Numbered from the stretch's first letter, positions 1-10,627 are shown. The stretch is 64,000 nt of DNA from Dehalococcoidia bacterium (GCA_965249025.1 OZ252215.1:1807045-1871044); one strand, 5' to 3'. Numbers and translations are program-made. The notes: a model not told the origin generated them from the letters alone.

Positions 1-671
1 ACTTCCGCAGGGCCTTGGGCTTCGCTCTTGATCGTCAGGCGCTTGTGGATGTTATCTGGGAGGGCAACGCCGAACCTGCCTACTCGCCCATTGGGCCTGC
101 CAGTGGCACGTGGTACAACTCGGATATAACTCCTCTGAAGTTTGACCTCGCCAAAGCTAAAGAGGAACTGACCCTAGCCGGCTATGCTAACGGAGTCGAG
201 TTCAAGTTCCCTTGCGCCTCCACAGCTTCGAGCCTATTACATTGCGAAGCCATCCAGAGCGTATGGGAGCAAGCAGGCCTGGGTATCAAGGCGCAAATCG
301 ATCCGAAACCCGCTTCTGGACACTGGGGTTCGTGGGTTCAAGGTCAGATTCCTATGATTAGATCGTGGCGCGCCGGACGTCCAGACCCTCATATAAACAT
401 CCAGAGAATCTTCCACAGCAAGGGCTTCAGTAATCCCGGCCACTACAGCGATTCAGAGGTAGACGCTTGGATTGATGAGGCAGGGCGCGAGTATGATGTG
501 GCCAAGGCCAAATCCTTGTACGACAAGATCGTAGCGAAGGCCATGAGCGACGGCCACGAGATCACCCAGGTCTATCCCTTCACCTACGTAGCTATGCGTA
601 ACAACGTCCAGGGCTACGCCTTCTATATTGACCAGATCATAAGAGTCAGAGACCTGTGGCTGGAGAAGTAG
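1..671 (+). CDS. ABC transporter substrate-binding protein, family 5 (peptide/nickel type), C-terminal part; 5' end outside window
   Basis: Frame open from the window edge to TAG 669-671. The C-terminal sequence (..AKAKSLYDKIV..YPFTYVAMRNNVQGY..) is typical of family-5 solute-binding proteins. Confidence 0.75.
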   Translation, partial: FRRALGFALDRQALVDVIWEGNAEPAYSPIGPASGTWYNSDITPLKFDLAKAKEELTLAGYANGVEFKFPCASTASSLLHCEAIQSVWEQAGLGIKAQIDPKPASGHWGSWVQGQIPMIRSWRAGRPDPHINIQRIFHSKGFSNPGHYSDSEVDAWIDEAGREYDVAKAKSLYDKIVAKAMSDGHEITQVYPFTYVAMRNNVQGYAFYIDQIIRVRDLWLEK

Positions 672-696
672 CTTAGAGTAATATAGACCAAGCCTA

Positions 697-735
697 AAGG
701 AGGGCCACATCTCCAGTTATGATGTGGCCCTCCTT
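697..735 (+). terminator. Stem-loop downstream of the SBP gene (candidate intrinsic terminator)
   Basis: Perfect 14-bp inverted repeat AAGGAGGGCCACAT (697-710) / ATGTGGCCCTCCTT (722-735) with an 11-nt loop, 26 nt after the stop. Only a weak T-rich tail follows. Confidence 0.55.
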
Positions 736-924
736 CTTATGCAAATGTATACGTAAACGGTTATGCTGCCCAGATTAGCTCGTTATCGTAAGTAGACATA
801 GATATCACGGACTAATAGAATAGCGTCATACTTTATTGGTGCTGTGACGCGCTGGTAAACGCCTGATGTAAAAACTCTCCTGATATAAGGTTGGGACGTC
901 CAGACCTCAAGAGGGGGCAATGTC

Positions 925-1953
925 ATGTTCATAGAGTTCAGTGTGGGGCTAGGCAGAAATGAGAGGATCGATGAGATTGCTGGTCATGCCAAGGTGGCTG
1001 AACAGAGCGGTTTCTCTCACTTGGCCTTTGTCGACCAGCCTAACGTCTCTAGGGATATGTATGTAATGATGGCTATTGCGGCCATGAACACCAGCCGAAT
1101 TCAGATTGGCCAGGGGGTCACCGATCCAATTACGTACCATCCCTCTGTGACCGCCAACGCCACCGCAACGATAAACGAGCTTTCCGGCGGACGGGTGTTC
1201 CTGGGCATCGGAACAGGGGGGCCCTTTGGCAAGGAAATGAAGCCTCGTCCTTTGAGCGAGCTTCGGGAGGTCATTGAGTTTATCAGAACGTATGTCGACG
1301 GACAGGAGGCAGAGGTTAAGAGTACGCGAATGCACTCCAAATGGATACGTCGCCCCTTTCCTATCTACATGGCCTGCAACGGGCCCCGCTCATGTCAGTT
1401 AGCGGGCGAGGTCGCAGATGGGGCCATCATTGGAGGCGCTATGCTTCCAGAGGTTGTGAAGTGGAAAGTGGGGCTTATACGTGAAGAGGCCCTTAAGGCA
1501 GGCCGTGACCCTTCCAAGATAGATATCTGGGCGTTCACGCTTATATTCGTGGCCGAGTCTAAGGAGGCGGCGCAGCGGGAGGTGGCAGGATTCGCCATTA
1601 CCAAGGCTAGGGGTATGTACCACGTACTCCTGCAGGATAACCCGAACAGTCGCTATCTCTATCAGATGCTGGAACGTCATCATGAAGGGATAGTCGACGA
1701 GCTAAAGACTATTTACGAGGCTTACGATCCATACACCTTTGAGATGATGGATGCGCCTGAAAACAGGTTGGCGTCGCAGCGAATCATCGACCTGTCTTTA
1801 CTAACGGGTCCGCCAGGAGATATCTGTGAACAAATAGCCAGGTTGGGTGAGGTTGGAGTGAATAACATCTCAACTGTGCTGTACACTCTGGTCGACAAGA
1901 AAGGCATGATGAGAACCATAGGAGACGAGATCATGCCTCATTTTCGTAATTAG
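925..1953 (+). CDS. LLM-class (luciferase-like) flavin/F420-dependent oxidoreductase, type A
   Basis: 342 aa, ATG with GAGGGGG upstream. Shares GRNERI.EIAG and HPSVTANATAT blocks with the paralog at 11662-12702; ends ..MPHFRN like that paralog. Confidence 0.85.
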   Translation: MFIEFSVGLGRNERIDEIAGHAKVAEQSGFSHLAFVDQPNVSRDMYVMMAIAAMNTSRIQIGQGVTDPITYHPSVTANATATINELSGGRVFLGIGTGGPFGKEMKPRPLSELREVIEFIRTYVDGQEAEVKSTRMHSKWIRRPFPIYMACNGPRSCQLAGEVADGAIIGGAMLPEVVKWKVGLIREEALKAGRDPSKIDIWAFTLIFVAESKEAAQREVAGFAITKARGMYHVLLQDNPNSRYLYQMLERHHEGIVDELKTIYEAYDPYTFEMMDAPENRLASQRIIDLSLLTGPPGDICEQIARLGEVGVNNISTVLYTLVDKKGMMRTIGDEIMPHFRN

Positions 1954-1966
1954 CGAGGAGATGGTC

Positions 1967-2980
1967 ATGAAGATTAGCATCGGAGTGCCAACGTCTCATG
2001 AGGGGCCATACCTGCCTACATCCTTCGTTGGGCCTGAAGAGATCGTCCAGGTAACCCAGCTTGCAGAGCGGCTGGGCTTCTACGCCGCCTGGGCGCTGGA
2101 CATGATGACGCCTATTAATATCGGCCTCACCGAACCAGGAGAGCCCCCTAACTGGTATGAGGCGATGGTCAGCCTGTCCTATCTGGCGGCGGCAACGAAA
2201 ACAATCAAACTGGGCACCGCTACCATGGTACTGCTTCACAGGGATCCCGTCCTGTTAGCCAAGCAGGTGGCTACCCTGGACGTATTTAGCAAGGGAAGAC
2301 TGCTCCTTGGTGTCGGCCTAGGGCACTACCGCGAAGAGTTCGAGGCGATAATGCCAAGGCAACGTAAGTCCCACCGCGGCAGGATGTTTCTGGAGAGTCT
2401 GGAAGCTCTGGACGTGCTTCTAACTCAGGACGATGCCAGCTTCAAAGGGGAGTACTACGAATTTCAAGGAGTGTTCCTAAACCCAAAGCCAGTACAAAAC
2501 CCCCTTCCGATCTATATCTCTGGCAAGACCGATGATACTCCTAGGCGCGTTGCTCGGTATGGCGCTGGCTGGCTTCTGTCCCGCATGCAAAAGCGAACCG
2601 TTCAGGAAAGGATCGAAGAGCTTCCTCCATATTTGGAGGAAGCGGGCCGGAAGCGATCCGATATCGATATAGTCGTTACTAGAGGACTCAGCATAGGGAA
2701 AACGCACGAAGAGGCTATGGAGCGTTTCTACAGCAGCATTCTCCCCCGGCAGATGGATGTCTATGCGACAAGGGCAGGGATAGAGGGACGGCCCTCTGAG
2801 GATAGGGCGCTGGACCAGAATCTTATAGGCACGCCGCAGGAGATCGGCGAACAGATGCATAGGATAAAAGAGTATGGTGTCGACCACCTTGTCATATTCT
2901 ATTTTGCCGTAAACGAGTTCAAGGAGATGATGGAACAAACCCAGTGGTTTGGTGAAGAGGTCATGCCCCTTTTCAAGTAA
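1967..2980 (+). CDS. LLM-class flavin/F420-dependent oxidoreductase, type B
   Basis: The ORF-track start at 1961 abuts the GAGGAG RBS. ATG 1967 (MKISIG..) gives 6-nt spacing and matches the MKFG.. starts of paralogs 12733-13683 and 45505-46503. Shared block: LDVFSKGR..LGVGLG. Confidence 0.85.
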   Translation: MKISIGVPTSHEGPYLPTSFVGPEEIVQVTQLAERLGFYAAWALDMMTPINIGLTEPGEPPNWYEAMVSLSYLAAATKTIKLGTATMVLLHRDPVLLAKQVATLDVFSKGRLLLGVGLGHYREEFEAIMPRQRKSHRGRMFLESLEALDVLLTQDDASFKGEYYEFQGVFLNPKPVQNPLPIYISGKTDDTPRRVARYGAGWLLSRMQKRTVQERIEELPPYLEEAGRKRSDIDIVVTRGLSIGKTHEEAMERFYSSILPRQMDVYATRAGIEGRPSEDRALDQNLIGTPQEIGEQMHRIKEYGVDHLVIFYFAVNEFKEMMEQTQWFGEEVMPLFK

Positions 2981-3125
2981 CGTGGCGCTCATTTGGCGCA
3001 CTAGCCAAACGAGACCGTTGAGTGGCCTCTAGCGCTCGCCTGGTTGCTTCTTGCCACCCGCACGGAACTGGAGTACATTAGAGCCGTTAAGCTGAGAGCC
3101 AATTATCCCTTTGAGGAGGACCATT

Positions 3126-4484
3126 GTGGACACTAAAGGCGCAGCCGCTTTCGTTGCATCTCTGAACCTGGAGGCAACTCCGCAAAAGGTAGTGAAACAT
3201 GCCAAGCTCTGTGTGATGGATACCCTTGGTGTTATGCTGGGGGGCCTGGATACCGGGGCTGCGCGCATAGCTCGAGATGTGGTTTCTCTTTGGCCCAATC
3301 AGGATGGTGTTACCCTCTTCGGAAGCCAAAAGAGGGTTTCTCCACCCCAGGCTGCCTTCGCCAACTGTATTTCAGCCAGCGCCCTGGATATGGACGACGG
3401 CCACAACCTGGGTGGTCACCCTGGGGCCGTGATTGTGCCTGCTGTTCTGGCTGCTGCTGAAGCCACCGGAGCCTCAGGCAAGCTATTCCTGGAGGGCGTC
3501 GTCACCGGATACGAAATTGCCATTAGGGCAATGGAGACTATGGTGGCCCAGGAGTCTGGAGGCGCCGTTGCCTTTCCTGCTACAGGCGAGCCATACCACA
3601 GCACCGGCACTGGGGCCGCCTACGGAGCCGCAGCAGGTGCCGCTAAGGTGCTTGGCCTCGGAGTGGAAGGGATAGCCCAGGCCATCAACATAGCCTCCGC
3701 TCACACACCCAGCACTCGGCCGTACCAGATTCAGGTGCTGGGTCACAATGCCAAGGAGTGCATCGGCTGGGCTGGTATAACCGGTGTAGAGGCCGCCTAT
3801 TTGGCCAAACATGGCTTCACAGGCCCCAACTCCTTCTTCGATGATGAGCGTGCTAGAGGCACCAGCGTCGATAGCATTGGCTCTACCTTTGAGTTGGTGA
3901 ACAACTATTTCAAGGCCTATCCGTCGTGCCGGTATACCCACGCGGCCCTTGACGGCGCCCTGGTGCTAATAAAAGAGAAATCTCTCAACGGAGAAGGCAT
4001 AAGGCGCATAAGATTGTCCCTTAAGAAACATCATGCTGCTTTGAACAACCCTAGGCCAGCTACCATAGAGCAGGCCCAATACAGCTTTCCATTTGTTCTT
4101 GGGGCCGTCCTGGCCTACGGACACCATGGCCCGGACACCATGACCGACGAGAAGCTCAGGGACTCTGCCATTCTCAGGGAGGCCGAGAAGATTGTGCTGG
4201 AGCCCGATCCCTCTCTCGATAAGGATAGATGGCCTGCCCATGTCTCCATAGAAACCACAGATGGCAAGAACTATCAGCTTTATGTGCCTATACCTAAAGG
4301 AGACCCCAAGAACCTTTTGAGCGAGAGTGAGTTGACTTCGAAGTTCAACACCGTTTCGTTGCCTGCGTTGGGACAGGATGGCGCTAAGAAAGCTTTGGAC
4401 ACCATTAAGAGCCTGGAGTCCCTGGGAGATGTACGTGAGTTAACGGCTCTGCTGAACCAGGTTGTCCAGCAGCCGGTGGGCTAA
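3126..4484 (+). CDS. MmgE/PrpD family protein (2-methylcitrate dehydratase-like)
   Basis: N-terminal ..AKLCVMDTLGVMLGG.. and overall length are typical of MmgE/PrpD. GTG 3126 is preferred over the track start 3111 because GAGGAGG lies 6 nt upstream. Confidence 0.8.
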   Translation: MDTKGAAAFVASLNLEATPQKVVKHAKLCVMDTLGVMLGGLDTGAARIARDVVSLWPNQDGVTLFGSQKRVSPPQAAFANCISASALDMDDGHNLGGHPGAVIVPAVLAAAEATGASGKLFLEGVVTGYEIAIRAMETMVAQESGGAVAFPATGEPYHSTGTGAAYGAAAGAAKVLGLGVEGIAQAINIASAHTPSTRPYQIQVLGHNAKECIGWAGITGVEAAYLAKHGFTGPNSFFDDERARGTSVDSIGSTFELVNNYFKAYPSCRYTHAALDGALVLIKEKSLNGEGIRRIRLSLKKHHAALNNPRPATIEQAQYSFPFVLGAVLAYGHHGPDTMTDEKLRDSAILREAEKIVLEPDPSLDKDRWPAHVSIETTDGKNYQLYVPIPKGDPKNLLSESELTSKFNTVSLPALGQDGAKKALDTIKSLESLGDVRELTALLNQVVQQPVG

Positions 4485-4906
4485 CGCGAACCAACGTTTC
4501 GCTGAAGGATCTAAGTGGAAAACGGCTTCCTGGGCATCTGCTTGAGAGTGGCTTGTCTCATGCGTTCTGAACAGCTCTAAGAAGAAGTTGTAGAAGACGA
4601 GCGACGGCTACTCAATGAACTCAAGGACGGTAAGGCTAGGCCCCTGCATAACTAACAAACACCCCTTCGTTTTGAGCCTTGGGAGTTTTTCTGACAGCTA
4701 GTCCTAGTCGAAGAACTCATCTCGCGAATCGACGCTTCGGGCCGGATAAGAAGGGAAAATTCACGTTTCTAATCGTTAGTCAGGTGAGGGCTTAGCCTCA
4801 TAGTTCACTGCCTGTGCCTAAACAAGGTGATTGCAGTGCGAGACCTTGCCCTCTTCCTCCAACTCTTCTACAATCCACCTAACCTACTTGACCAAAGGGG
4901 TGTGTG

Positions 4907-5935
4907 ATGAAATTTGGCGCCTTTTTTCTCCTTCAATCGCCTGCAATGGAGTCTACAAAGGCAATATACGATAAAGCCTTGGATCAGATAGCCTATGCCG
5001 AGGAGTTAGGCTTCGACTCCGTGTGGCTGGCGGAGCACCACTTCTCCAACTACGGCTTCTCTCCTAATCCACTGCTTCTGGCCGTTAAGGCAGCCCAGGT
5101 AACTAAGAGGGTACGCATAGGCACCGCTGTATTGGTGTTGCCTCTGTGGCATCCAGTGCGCTTGGCCGAGGACATAGCCATGGTGGATGTCCTTACCGAA
5201 GGACGCCTGGAGGTAGGCATAGGCCGCGGCTATCAGATCCATGAGTTCGATGCCTTCGGGACCGACCTAAACGAGAGTCGTCTGATGTACGAGGAGTCAG
5301 TCGATATATTGCTGAATGCGTTCTCCTGTGAGAGCTTCTCCCATAGCGGCAGCTACTACAGAATTCCAGAGCTGGTTACTTATCCCAAAGTAGTCCAGAA
5401 GCCGCACCCTCCGATATGGGTCGCTGCCCAGAACCCCGATAGCGTCAAGAGCACGGCCGCCCACGGCTTCAACCTATTTACCTCTGGAGCCGGCCGTCCC
5501 TTTGAGATGCTTGCGACGGTTGGCCAGGCCTATCGGGAGGCGGCTGAGAAAGCTGGTCACAACGTTAACGACTTGGAGTTTTCGGTGCAAAACCAGATAT
5601 ATATTACCGAGACCGACGAAGAGGCTCTTGAGGCCGCGGAACACCATCGCTGGCAATACCGTATGGCCAATCACTTGCGCAGCGGAACCCTGAAGATAGA
5701 AAAGGGTGTGGCCTGTCCCGATTCTGTAAAGGAAGAGCCACCGTTAGGCGACTTCGTCAAAGGGCGTACCCTCTCAGGCACCCCCGACAAGGTCATTGCT
5801 CAGATAGAGCGCTACCGAGACGAGGTAGGCATAACCCAGCTCAACTGCTCCTTCTCCGTCGGTAGCCTGGAACACGACAAGGTCAAGAAGTCCATGCGCC
5901 TCTTCGCCGAACACGTCATGCCGCAGTTCAGGTAG
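4907..5935 (+). CDS. LLM-class flavin-dependent oxidoreductase, third type
   Basis: MKFGAFFLL..LGFDSVWLAEHHFSNYG.. luciferase-like signature. ATG 4907 lies 6 nt after AAAGGGG. Confidence 0.85.
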   Translation: MKFGAFFLLQSPAMESTKAIYDKALDQIAYAEELGFDSVWLAEHHFSNYGFSPNPLLLAVKAAQVTKRVRIGTAVLVLPLWHPVRLAEDIAMVDVLTEGRLEVGIGRGYQIHEFDAFGTDLNESRLMYEESVDILLNAFSCESFSHSGSYYRIPELVTYPKVVQKPHPPIWVAAQNPDSVKSTAAHGFNLFTSGAGRPFEMLATVGQAYREAAEKAGHNVNDLEFSVQNQIYITETDEEALEAAEHHRWQYRMANHLRSGTLKIEKGVACPDSVKEEPPLGDFVKGRTLSGTPDKVIAQIERYRDEVGITQLNCSFSVGSLEHDKVKKSMRLFAEHVMPQFR

Positions 5936-6060
5936 CTTAAGAATAGTGTGAAACTATGGCAAAGTTACTACTTATGGCTTTTGTTCCGAACTACGTTTCA
6001 AGTCGATAGCACAATTAATACGGTTTTGACATAGGTCAGGACGCGAGGCGTTATTAGGGT

Positions 6061-6255
6061 ATGGAATTCCAGAGAAATCAATCAGTTGATGAGCTGCTGC
6101 GAATTGTAGTCGGCGATACAAGCCACACCTGGCATTTGCGTATTGCCTCTTGGTTATTGCGGGTAATCTCAGCTGTGCCCAAGGAAATTCTATCCTTAGT
6201 ATCTGAGTATCTGCTGCCGCTAGCGGCTCCCCGGGTGGGATGGCACTCGCAATGA
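6061..6255 (+). CDS. Hypothetical small protein (64 aa), weak call
   Basis: ORF only. Overlaps the start of the next ORF by 16 nt and lies in a lower-GC segment. No recognisable motif. Confidence 0.2.
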   Translation: MEFQRNQSVDELLRIVVGDTSHTWHLRIASWLLRVISAVPKEILSLVSEYLLPLAAPRVGWHSQ

Positions 6256-7286
6256 CTCAACAGAATATATTGCCAATCCTTCGTGAGTGGGAGAGCCAAT
6301 TACATGAGCGTATCTCACTAAAGGAAACCTTGTCCAAGATTTCGGAGTACGAGCAGTTGTTGGCCAAGTCTCGAAGGCTTAGTTGGGGTGGGCCTCAGCT
6401 CAAGGTCGAGGCCTCAGCTTATGCTCAAGAGGCAGCCAACAAAGCGTGGACGTTGGTACATGACGCCGATAGGAGTAGGTGGTTGTGGGTGCCTCTTTGG
6501 ATTACAGCAGTGTCTGAACATGCCAGCCTTCAATTCTATGCCCAGAACTATGCTACTGCCCACGGTTTATTTCACCAAGCGGAGAAGTACTTACCAGATA
6601 TATCACAAGAGTTCCAGGGAATCAATGATAAAGAAGTGGGAGTACGTGGCTTTCACATCCCAACATTAGTAGCCTATTCTCATACGATGAAAGTGTCTAC
6701 AGGTGATTATCAAGATCAGTTGGATCATATCGCAGGCTCAACTTACCAACAAATCTCCAAGCTAATCCAATCAGGAGTCGGGCACGACAGCGGATTTGTG
6801 GATGTGTTAGCGCTATGGCTGCGTGATGCTGCCGAGAGACGATTGTTGAGGATACCAAATGATTTTGTAACTTTCAACCTAGAGCTTGCTTTTGCTGATA
6901 GGAGAGAGTTTATGACCACTTGCGGAGCCCTGATAGCCAACTATGCCTATGCTGAACTCTACTTATATAACAACACAGGAGACAAGCAATATTTTAACTT
7001 AGCTTCTATGAATTTTGAGCGAGCTATGGAAATGAATGTTGATGGCCTTTGCGGCACTAATGTGGGTTGGTATAGACCACAAGAGGGCATTCACCGAGCA
7101 TATGCCGCGAGTAGCTTCTACGATCCGATGGTTCAAAGGAGAGTAGGGCGTGTACTGGTATACAGGCTGGTGCTTGCAATGCTCGGAGGAGGGCTAGGAC
7201 TGGAAATGCGAGACGATAGTGCTGAACTGTTCGCCAGACTCTGGGAAAAGGAAAAGCACTGTGGATACAGCACGCAGCAATCTTGA
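6240..7286 (+). CDS. Hypothetical protein (348 aa), no recognisable family
   Basis: Long ORF in a visibly lower-GC segment between two metabolic genes. No motif I can assign. Confidence 0.5.
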   Translation: MALAMTQQNILPILREWESQLHERISLKETLSKISEYEQLLAKSRRLSWGGPQLKVEASAYAQEAANKAWTLVHDADRSRWLWVPLWITAVSEHASLQFYAQNYATAHGLFHQAEKYLPDISQEFQGINDKEVGVRGFHIPTLVAYSHTMKVSTGDYQDQLDHIAGSTYQQISKLIQSGVGHDSGFVDVLALWLRDAAERRLLRIPNDFVTFNLELAFADRREFMTTCGALIANYAYAELYLYNNTGDKQYFNLASMNFERAMEMNVDGLCGTNVGWYRPQEGIHRAYAASSFYDPMVQRRVGRVLVYRLVLAMLGGGLGLEMRDDSAELFARLWEKEKHCGYSTQQS

Positions 7287-7561
7287 AAAAATGGGCCTTC
7301 TTTATATCTGGCCTGAAGTAGTAAAGCACTTCCCCGCTGGATTTAAATGATCCTGGAATACCTGATTACAGAAATAATAACTCTTGTACAAGTTCTTTCT
7401 TTAAGAAAAAATGACGTTAAAATGGCGCATATTTGTACAGGGCTGGGGTGACCCCTGTTGTTCCAATTGTGGAGAAAAATGGTAAATCTTAGTAATTTTA
7501 CCCGCTCGTCCTGAGCCTGTCGAAGGGCGAGGCCTTCAAGAAACATAAGGTTACATAATCT

Positions 7562-8635
7562 ATGCGCACTTACAACATTGTCCTCATCCCAGGCGACGGC
7601 ATAGGCCCTGAAATAACGGACTCTGCCCTCGCTGTCCTCCATGCCCTTGAGCAACATAGGGGAGACTTCCATCTGGAATTGGACCGCCAGGAGGCCGGCG
7701 CCGCATGCTACCTCAAAAGCGGCACCCCCATGACCGACGACACCCTGGAGGCCTGCAAAAAGGCCGACGCCATATTCAAGGGGCCAACGGGTCTACCCAG
7801 CGTGCGTAAGCCCGATGGCACCGAGGCTGGCCTGCTGGGGGGTATCCTCCGCAACGGCCTAGACCTCTACGCCAACGTCCGACCCATCAAGCTCTATCCC
7901 AACGTAGAGACCCCGATAAAGGTCCAACCTGGCTCCATCGACTACGTCATCGTGCGAGAGAACACAGAGGGCCTCTACGCGTCCCGTGGCCTGGGGGTGG
8001 TCAATCGGTATGCCGCTGCCGATACGTTGCTCATGACCAGGCAGGGGGTCGAAAGGATCGTGCGATTCGCCTTCGATGTAGCGCGGAAGAGGAAGGGCGC
8101 TCCGGTAGACGGGACGCGCCGGGTGACTTGCGTCGCTAAGACCAACGTCCTTAAAAGTCACGTCTTCTTTCAGGGCATATTCGACGAAGTGGCCAAGGAC
8201 CATCCTGATATCGCAAAGGATTACCTTTATCCGGACGCTGCCGCTGCCGCTTTGATTACCCAGCCAGATCAGTTCGATGTGCTGGTCATGGAGAACTTTG
8301 TGGGAGACCTACTTAGCGACTTAGGGGGGGCTACTATCGGGGGGCTTGGTATATGCCCCTCAGGCAACTACGGGTCCGCTGGGGCGTACTTCGAGCCGGT
8401 TCACGGGTCTGCTCCCTCCATGGCAGGCAAGGGAGTAGCCAACCCTTTCTCTCAGGTGCTTTCTGGCGCTATGATGCTACGCTATTTGGGAGAGGGCGAC
8501 GCCGCTGATCAGCTAGAATTGCTGGTCATGGAGGCCTTGAAATCCCGTAGGATAGCTATCGGTAAGGATGGCTGCCCCCTAGGAGGTACCGACGCTGTCA
8601 CCAGGGCCTTGGTAAAACGCATACAAAAAGGATAA
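7562..8635 (+). CDS. Isocitrate/isopropylmalate dehydrogenase family protein (tartrate/3-isopropylmalate dehydrogenase-like)
   Basis: N-terminal IVLIPGDGIGPEI; ..VRENTEGLY..; ..MENFVGDLLSDLGG.. The C-terminal region is typical of the beta-decarboxylating dehydrogenase family. Confidence 0.85.
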   Translation: MRTYNIVLIPGDGIGPEITDSALAVLHALEQHRGDFHLELDRQEAGAACYLKSGTPMTDDTLEACKKADAIFKGPTGLPSVRKPDGTEAGLLGGILRNGLDLYANVRPIKLYPNVETPIKVQPGSIDYVIVRENTEGLYASRGLGVVNRYAAADTLLMTRQGVERIVRFAFDVARKRKGAPVDGTRRVTCVAKTNVLKSHVFFQGIFDEVAKDHPDIAKDYLYPDAAAAALITQPDQFDVLVMENFVGDLLSDLGGATIGGLGICPSGNYGSAGAYFEPVHGSAPSMAGKGVANPFSQVLSGAMMLRYLGEGDAADQLELLVMEALKSRRIAIGKDGCPLGGTDAVTRALVKRIQKG

Positions 8636-9153
8636 AATCTTATCAGCACACCTTGCCTTGGACGACTGGAATCCCGAGTAAGATGAGGAGATGCGTTACC
8701 TCTGTCATTCCGAGGAACGAAGTGACGAAGAATCTGGGGATACTGGGAGGGGTTGCCCTGCTCACTCCGGGTGAAGTCTGTAGTGAGCTTGCAGGGATAC
8801 TAAAGGAAATAGGAGGTGTCCTTCACCCGCACTGAACTTGATGAAGATGGTTGGCAGGCGAGAAGAAAAGCCAGTTGTGACAAGATCACGGGGGGATGGG
8901 CGGGTAAGAATACGCTTAACGCTTCATCATAAACACCGCTTCAAGATCGAATAAGATGGGTCAATGGCAAACTATGCAATGCAGGTATATAGTACAAATG
9001 CGATGATAATGGCTTATGTACTTGGCACAACGACTAGAAAATCAATCAAGAATGCTCTCGTATGAAATCTCATTTACCAGCTAGGGCAAAATAAAGATTT
9101 TTGAAAAACAAGGGGATTACGCCTAAACAATCAACCTCGGAGGTTATTCATAT

Positions 9154-9927
9154 ATGTACTCCATAGACCTCAAGGGCAAAAAGGCCGTAGTCTTCGGCGT
9201 CGCCAATCACAGGAGCATTGCCTGGAACATCGCCAGCATACTGGACGAGGCTGGGGCGTCAATTGTTCTCACCTATCAAAACGAGCGTTTCCAGTCGCCA
9301 GTCTCCAAGCTGGCTGCAACCCTGTCTGACGGCTTCGCTGTCGAGTGCGACGTAAGCAAAGACGAGAACGTCGTCGCGGCCTTTGCCCAAATCAAGGAGA
9401 GATTCGACACCATAGACATCCTCATACATAGCATCGCCTTCGCCAATCGTGACGACCTGGGTGGCAGCTTCCTGGATACCGACAGAGAGGGGTTCCGCCT
9501 TGCTCTGGACATCAGCGCCTACTCCCTCATATCCATAGCGCGAGAGGCGGCGCCTCTAATGGCGAATGGGGGCAGCATACTCACCATGACCTTCTACGCC
9601 TCGACACGGTATTTCCCCGGCTACAACGTCATGGGCACCGCCAAGGCCGCCCTGGAGCACGAGGTGCGTCAGCTTGCTGGGGAGCTAGGCCAGAAGAACA
9701 TCCGGGTAAACGCCATCTCTGCTGGGCCTCTGGACACCCTGGCTGCGCGAGGTATACCTGGCTTCATTACCATGAAGCAAGCCCACGCAGAGCGCGCTCC
9801 CCTGCGGCGCAACATCACCCATGTGGAGGTGGCCAAGACTGCCCTGTACCTTTGCAGCGACCTCGCCAGCGCAGTCACCGGTGCCATCATCCCGGTGGAC
9901 ACGGGATTCCACATCGTGGCGATGTAA
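9154..9927 (+). CDS. fabI: Enoyl-[acyl-carrier-protein] reductase (NADH), FabI
   Basis: 257 aa; ..GVANHRSIAWNIA.. and ..RVNAISAGP..T.A.. are typical FabI SDR motifs. Confidence 0.9.
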   Translation: MYSIDLKGKKAVVFGVANHRSIAWNIASILDEAGASIVLTYQNERFQSPVSKLAATLSDGFAVECDVSKDENVVAAFAQIKERFDTIDILIHSIAFANRDDLGGSFLDTDREGFRLALDISAYSLISIAREAAPLMANGGSILTMTFYASTRYFPGYNVMGTAKAALEHEVRQLAGELGQKNIRVNAISAGPLDTLAARGIPGFITMKQAHAERAPLRRNITHVEVAKTALYLCSDLASAVTGAIIPVDTGFHIVAM

Positions 9928-10002
9928 AGAAGATTCTAGATTGACTTTTAAGGCAGTGAGTAGATTTTGACTAAGGCTCTAGCAAAGGAGAATACGCCCT
10001 GG

Positions 10003-10386
10003 TCAGCGGATCATCCTCACTTTGGCGCGAGGTGAGAGATGCTCCCACGCCCTATCTGTGGTCAGCGCAGGCACGTCCAGTCGCTTAGCCAGGCTTAAAC
10101 AGCCACGATCGCCAAGGGATAAGCCCATGCCTTTAGTCGAGGCGCGCAACACGCCTGCTTGGAAAGCCTGCGCCTCGTCAAAAGGCACAACTTCCATCGG
10201 CAACCCCTCCAGTGCTGTACGGATTGCCTCCTCCGGCATCCCTGCGTCAGATAGCTTCGAGACCACTTCGGATAGGTTAATGGAGCTGATCGCTGCTTCA
10301 GGAAGCGATGCCATCACAATCTCTGCTCCGGGTTCGTTGTTAAGGAAGGCAAGCAGCGCCGAGGCGTCTAATACTACGTCAGGCAC
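10003..10386 (-). CDS. vapC: PIN-domain toxin, VapC family
   Basis: 127 aa; N-terminal VVLDASALLAFL acidic PIN signature. 8-nt overlap with the upstream antitoxin gene. Confidence 0.8.
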   Translation of the reverse strand: MPDVVLDASALLAFLNNEPGAEIVMASLPEAAISSINLSEVVSKLSDAGMPEEAIRTALEGLPMEVVPFDEAQAFQAGVLRASTKGMGLSLGDRGCLSLAKRLDVPALTTDRAWEHLSPRAKVRMIR

Positions 10387-10627
10387 TAGCGGCTTCCTCT
10401 CTGCGCTCTTGAAGCAACTCTTTAGTTAAGCTTCGCCCCTCTGGTATGTAGGATCTTACCAGGGCCTGGGCACGCTTAATTGCCCGCTCCAATGTAAGCA
10501 GTCGGACCTCTCCTTCCTCCAGCACGAGGATTAACTCATCACCAGGTCTAATCCCCAAGGCCTTACGATACTGAGCGGGAATAACGACCCTGCCACCTTT
10601 TCCTAGTATTGTCTTTACCTCTGTCAT
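10379..10627 (-). CDS. vapB: AbrB/MazE/SpoVT-family antitoxin, VapB
   Basis: 82 aa; ..GRVVIPAQYRKALGIRPGDEL.. looped-hinge-helix (SpoVT/AbrB) motif. Coupled to vapC. Confidence 0.8.
   Translation of the reverse strand: MTEVKTILGKGGRVVIPAQYRKALGIRPGDELILVLEEGEVRLLTLERAIKRAQALVRSYIPEGRSLTKELLQERREEAASA

Noticed and set aside
7490-7550. Short elements whose translations (..LRQAQDER.. at about 7500-7545; ..VIPRNEVTKNL.. at about 8700-8745) recur as spurious peptides in many genomes. They may be miniature intergenic repeats.
   Set aside because: Each occurs only once in this window, so I cannot show repetition or structure here. They are noted but not called as repeat features.
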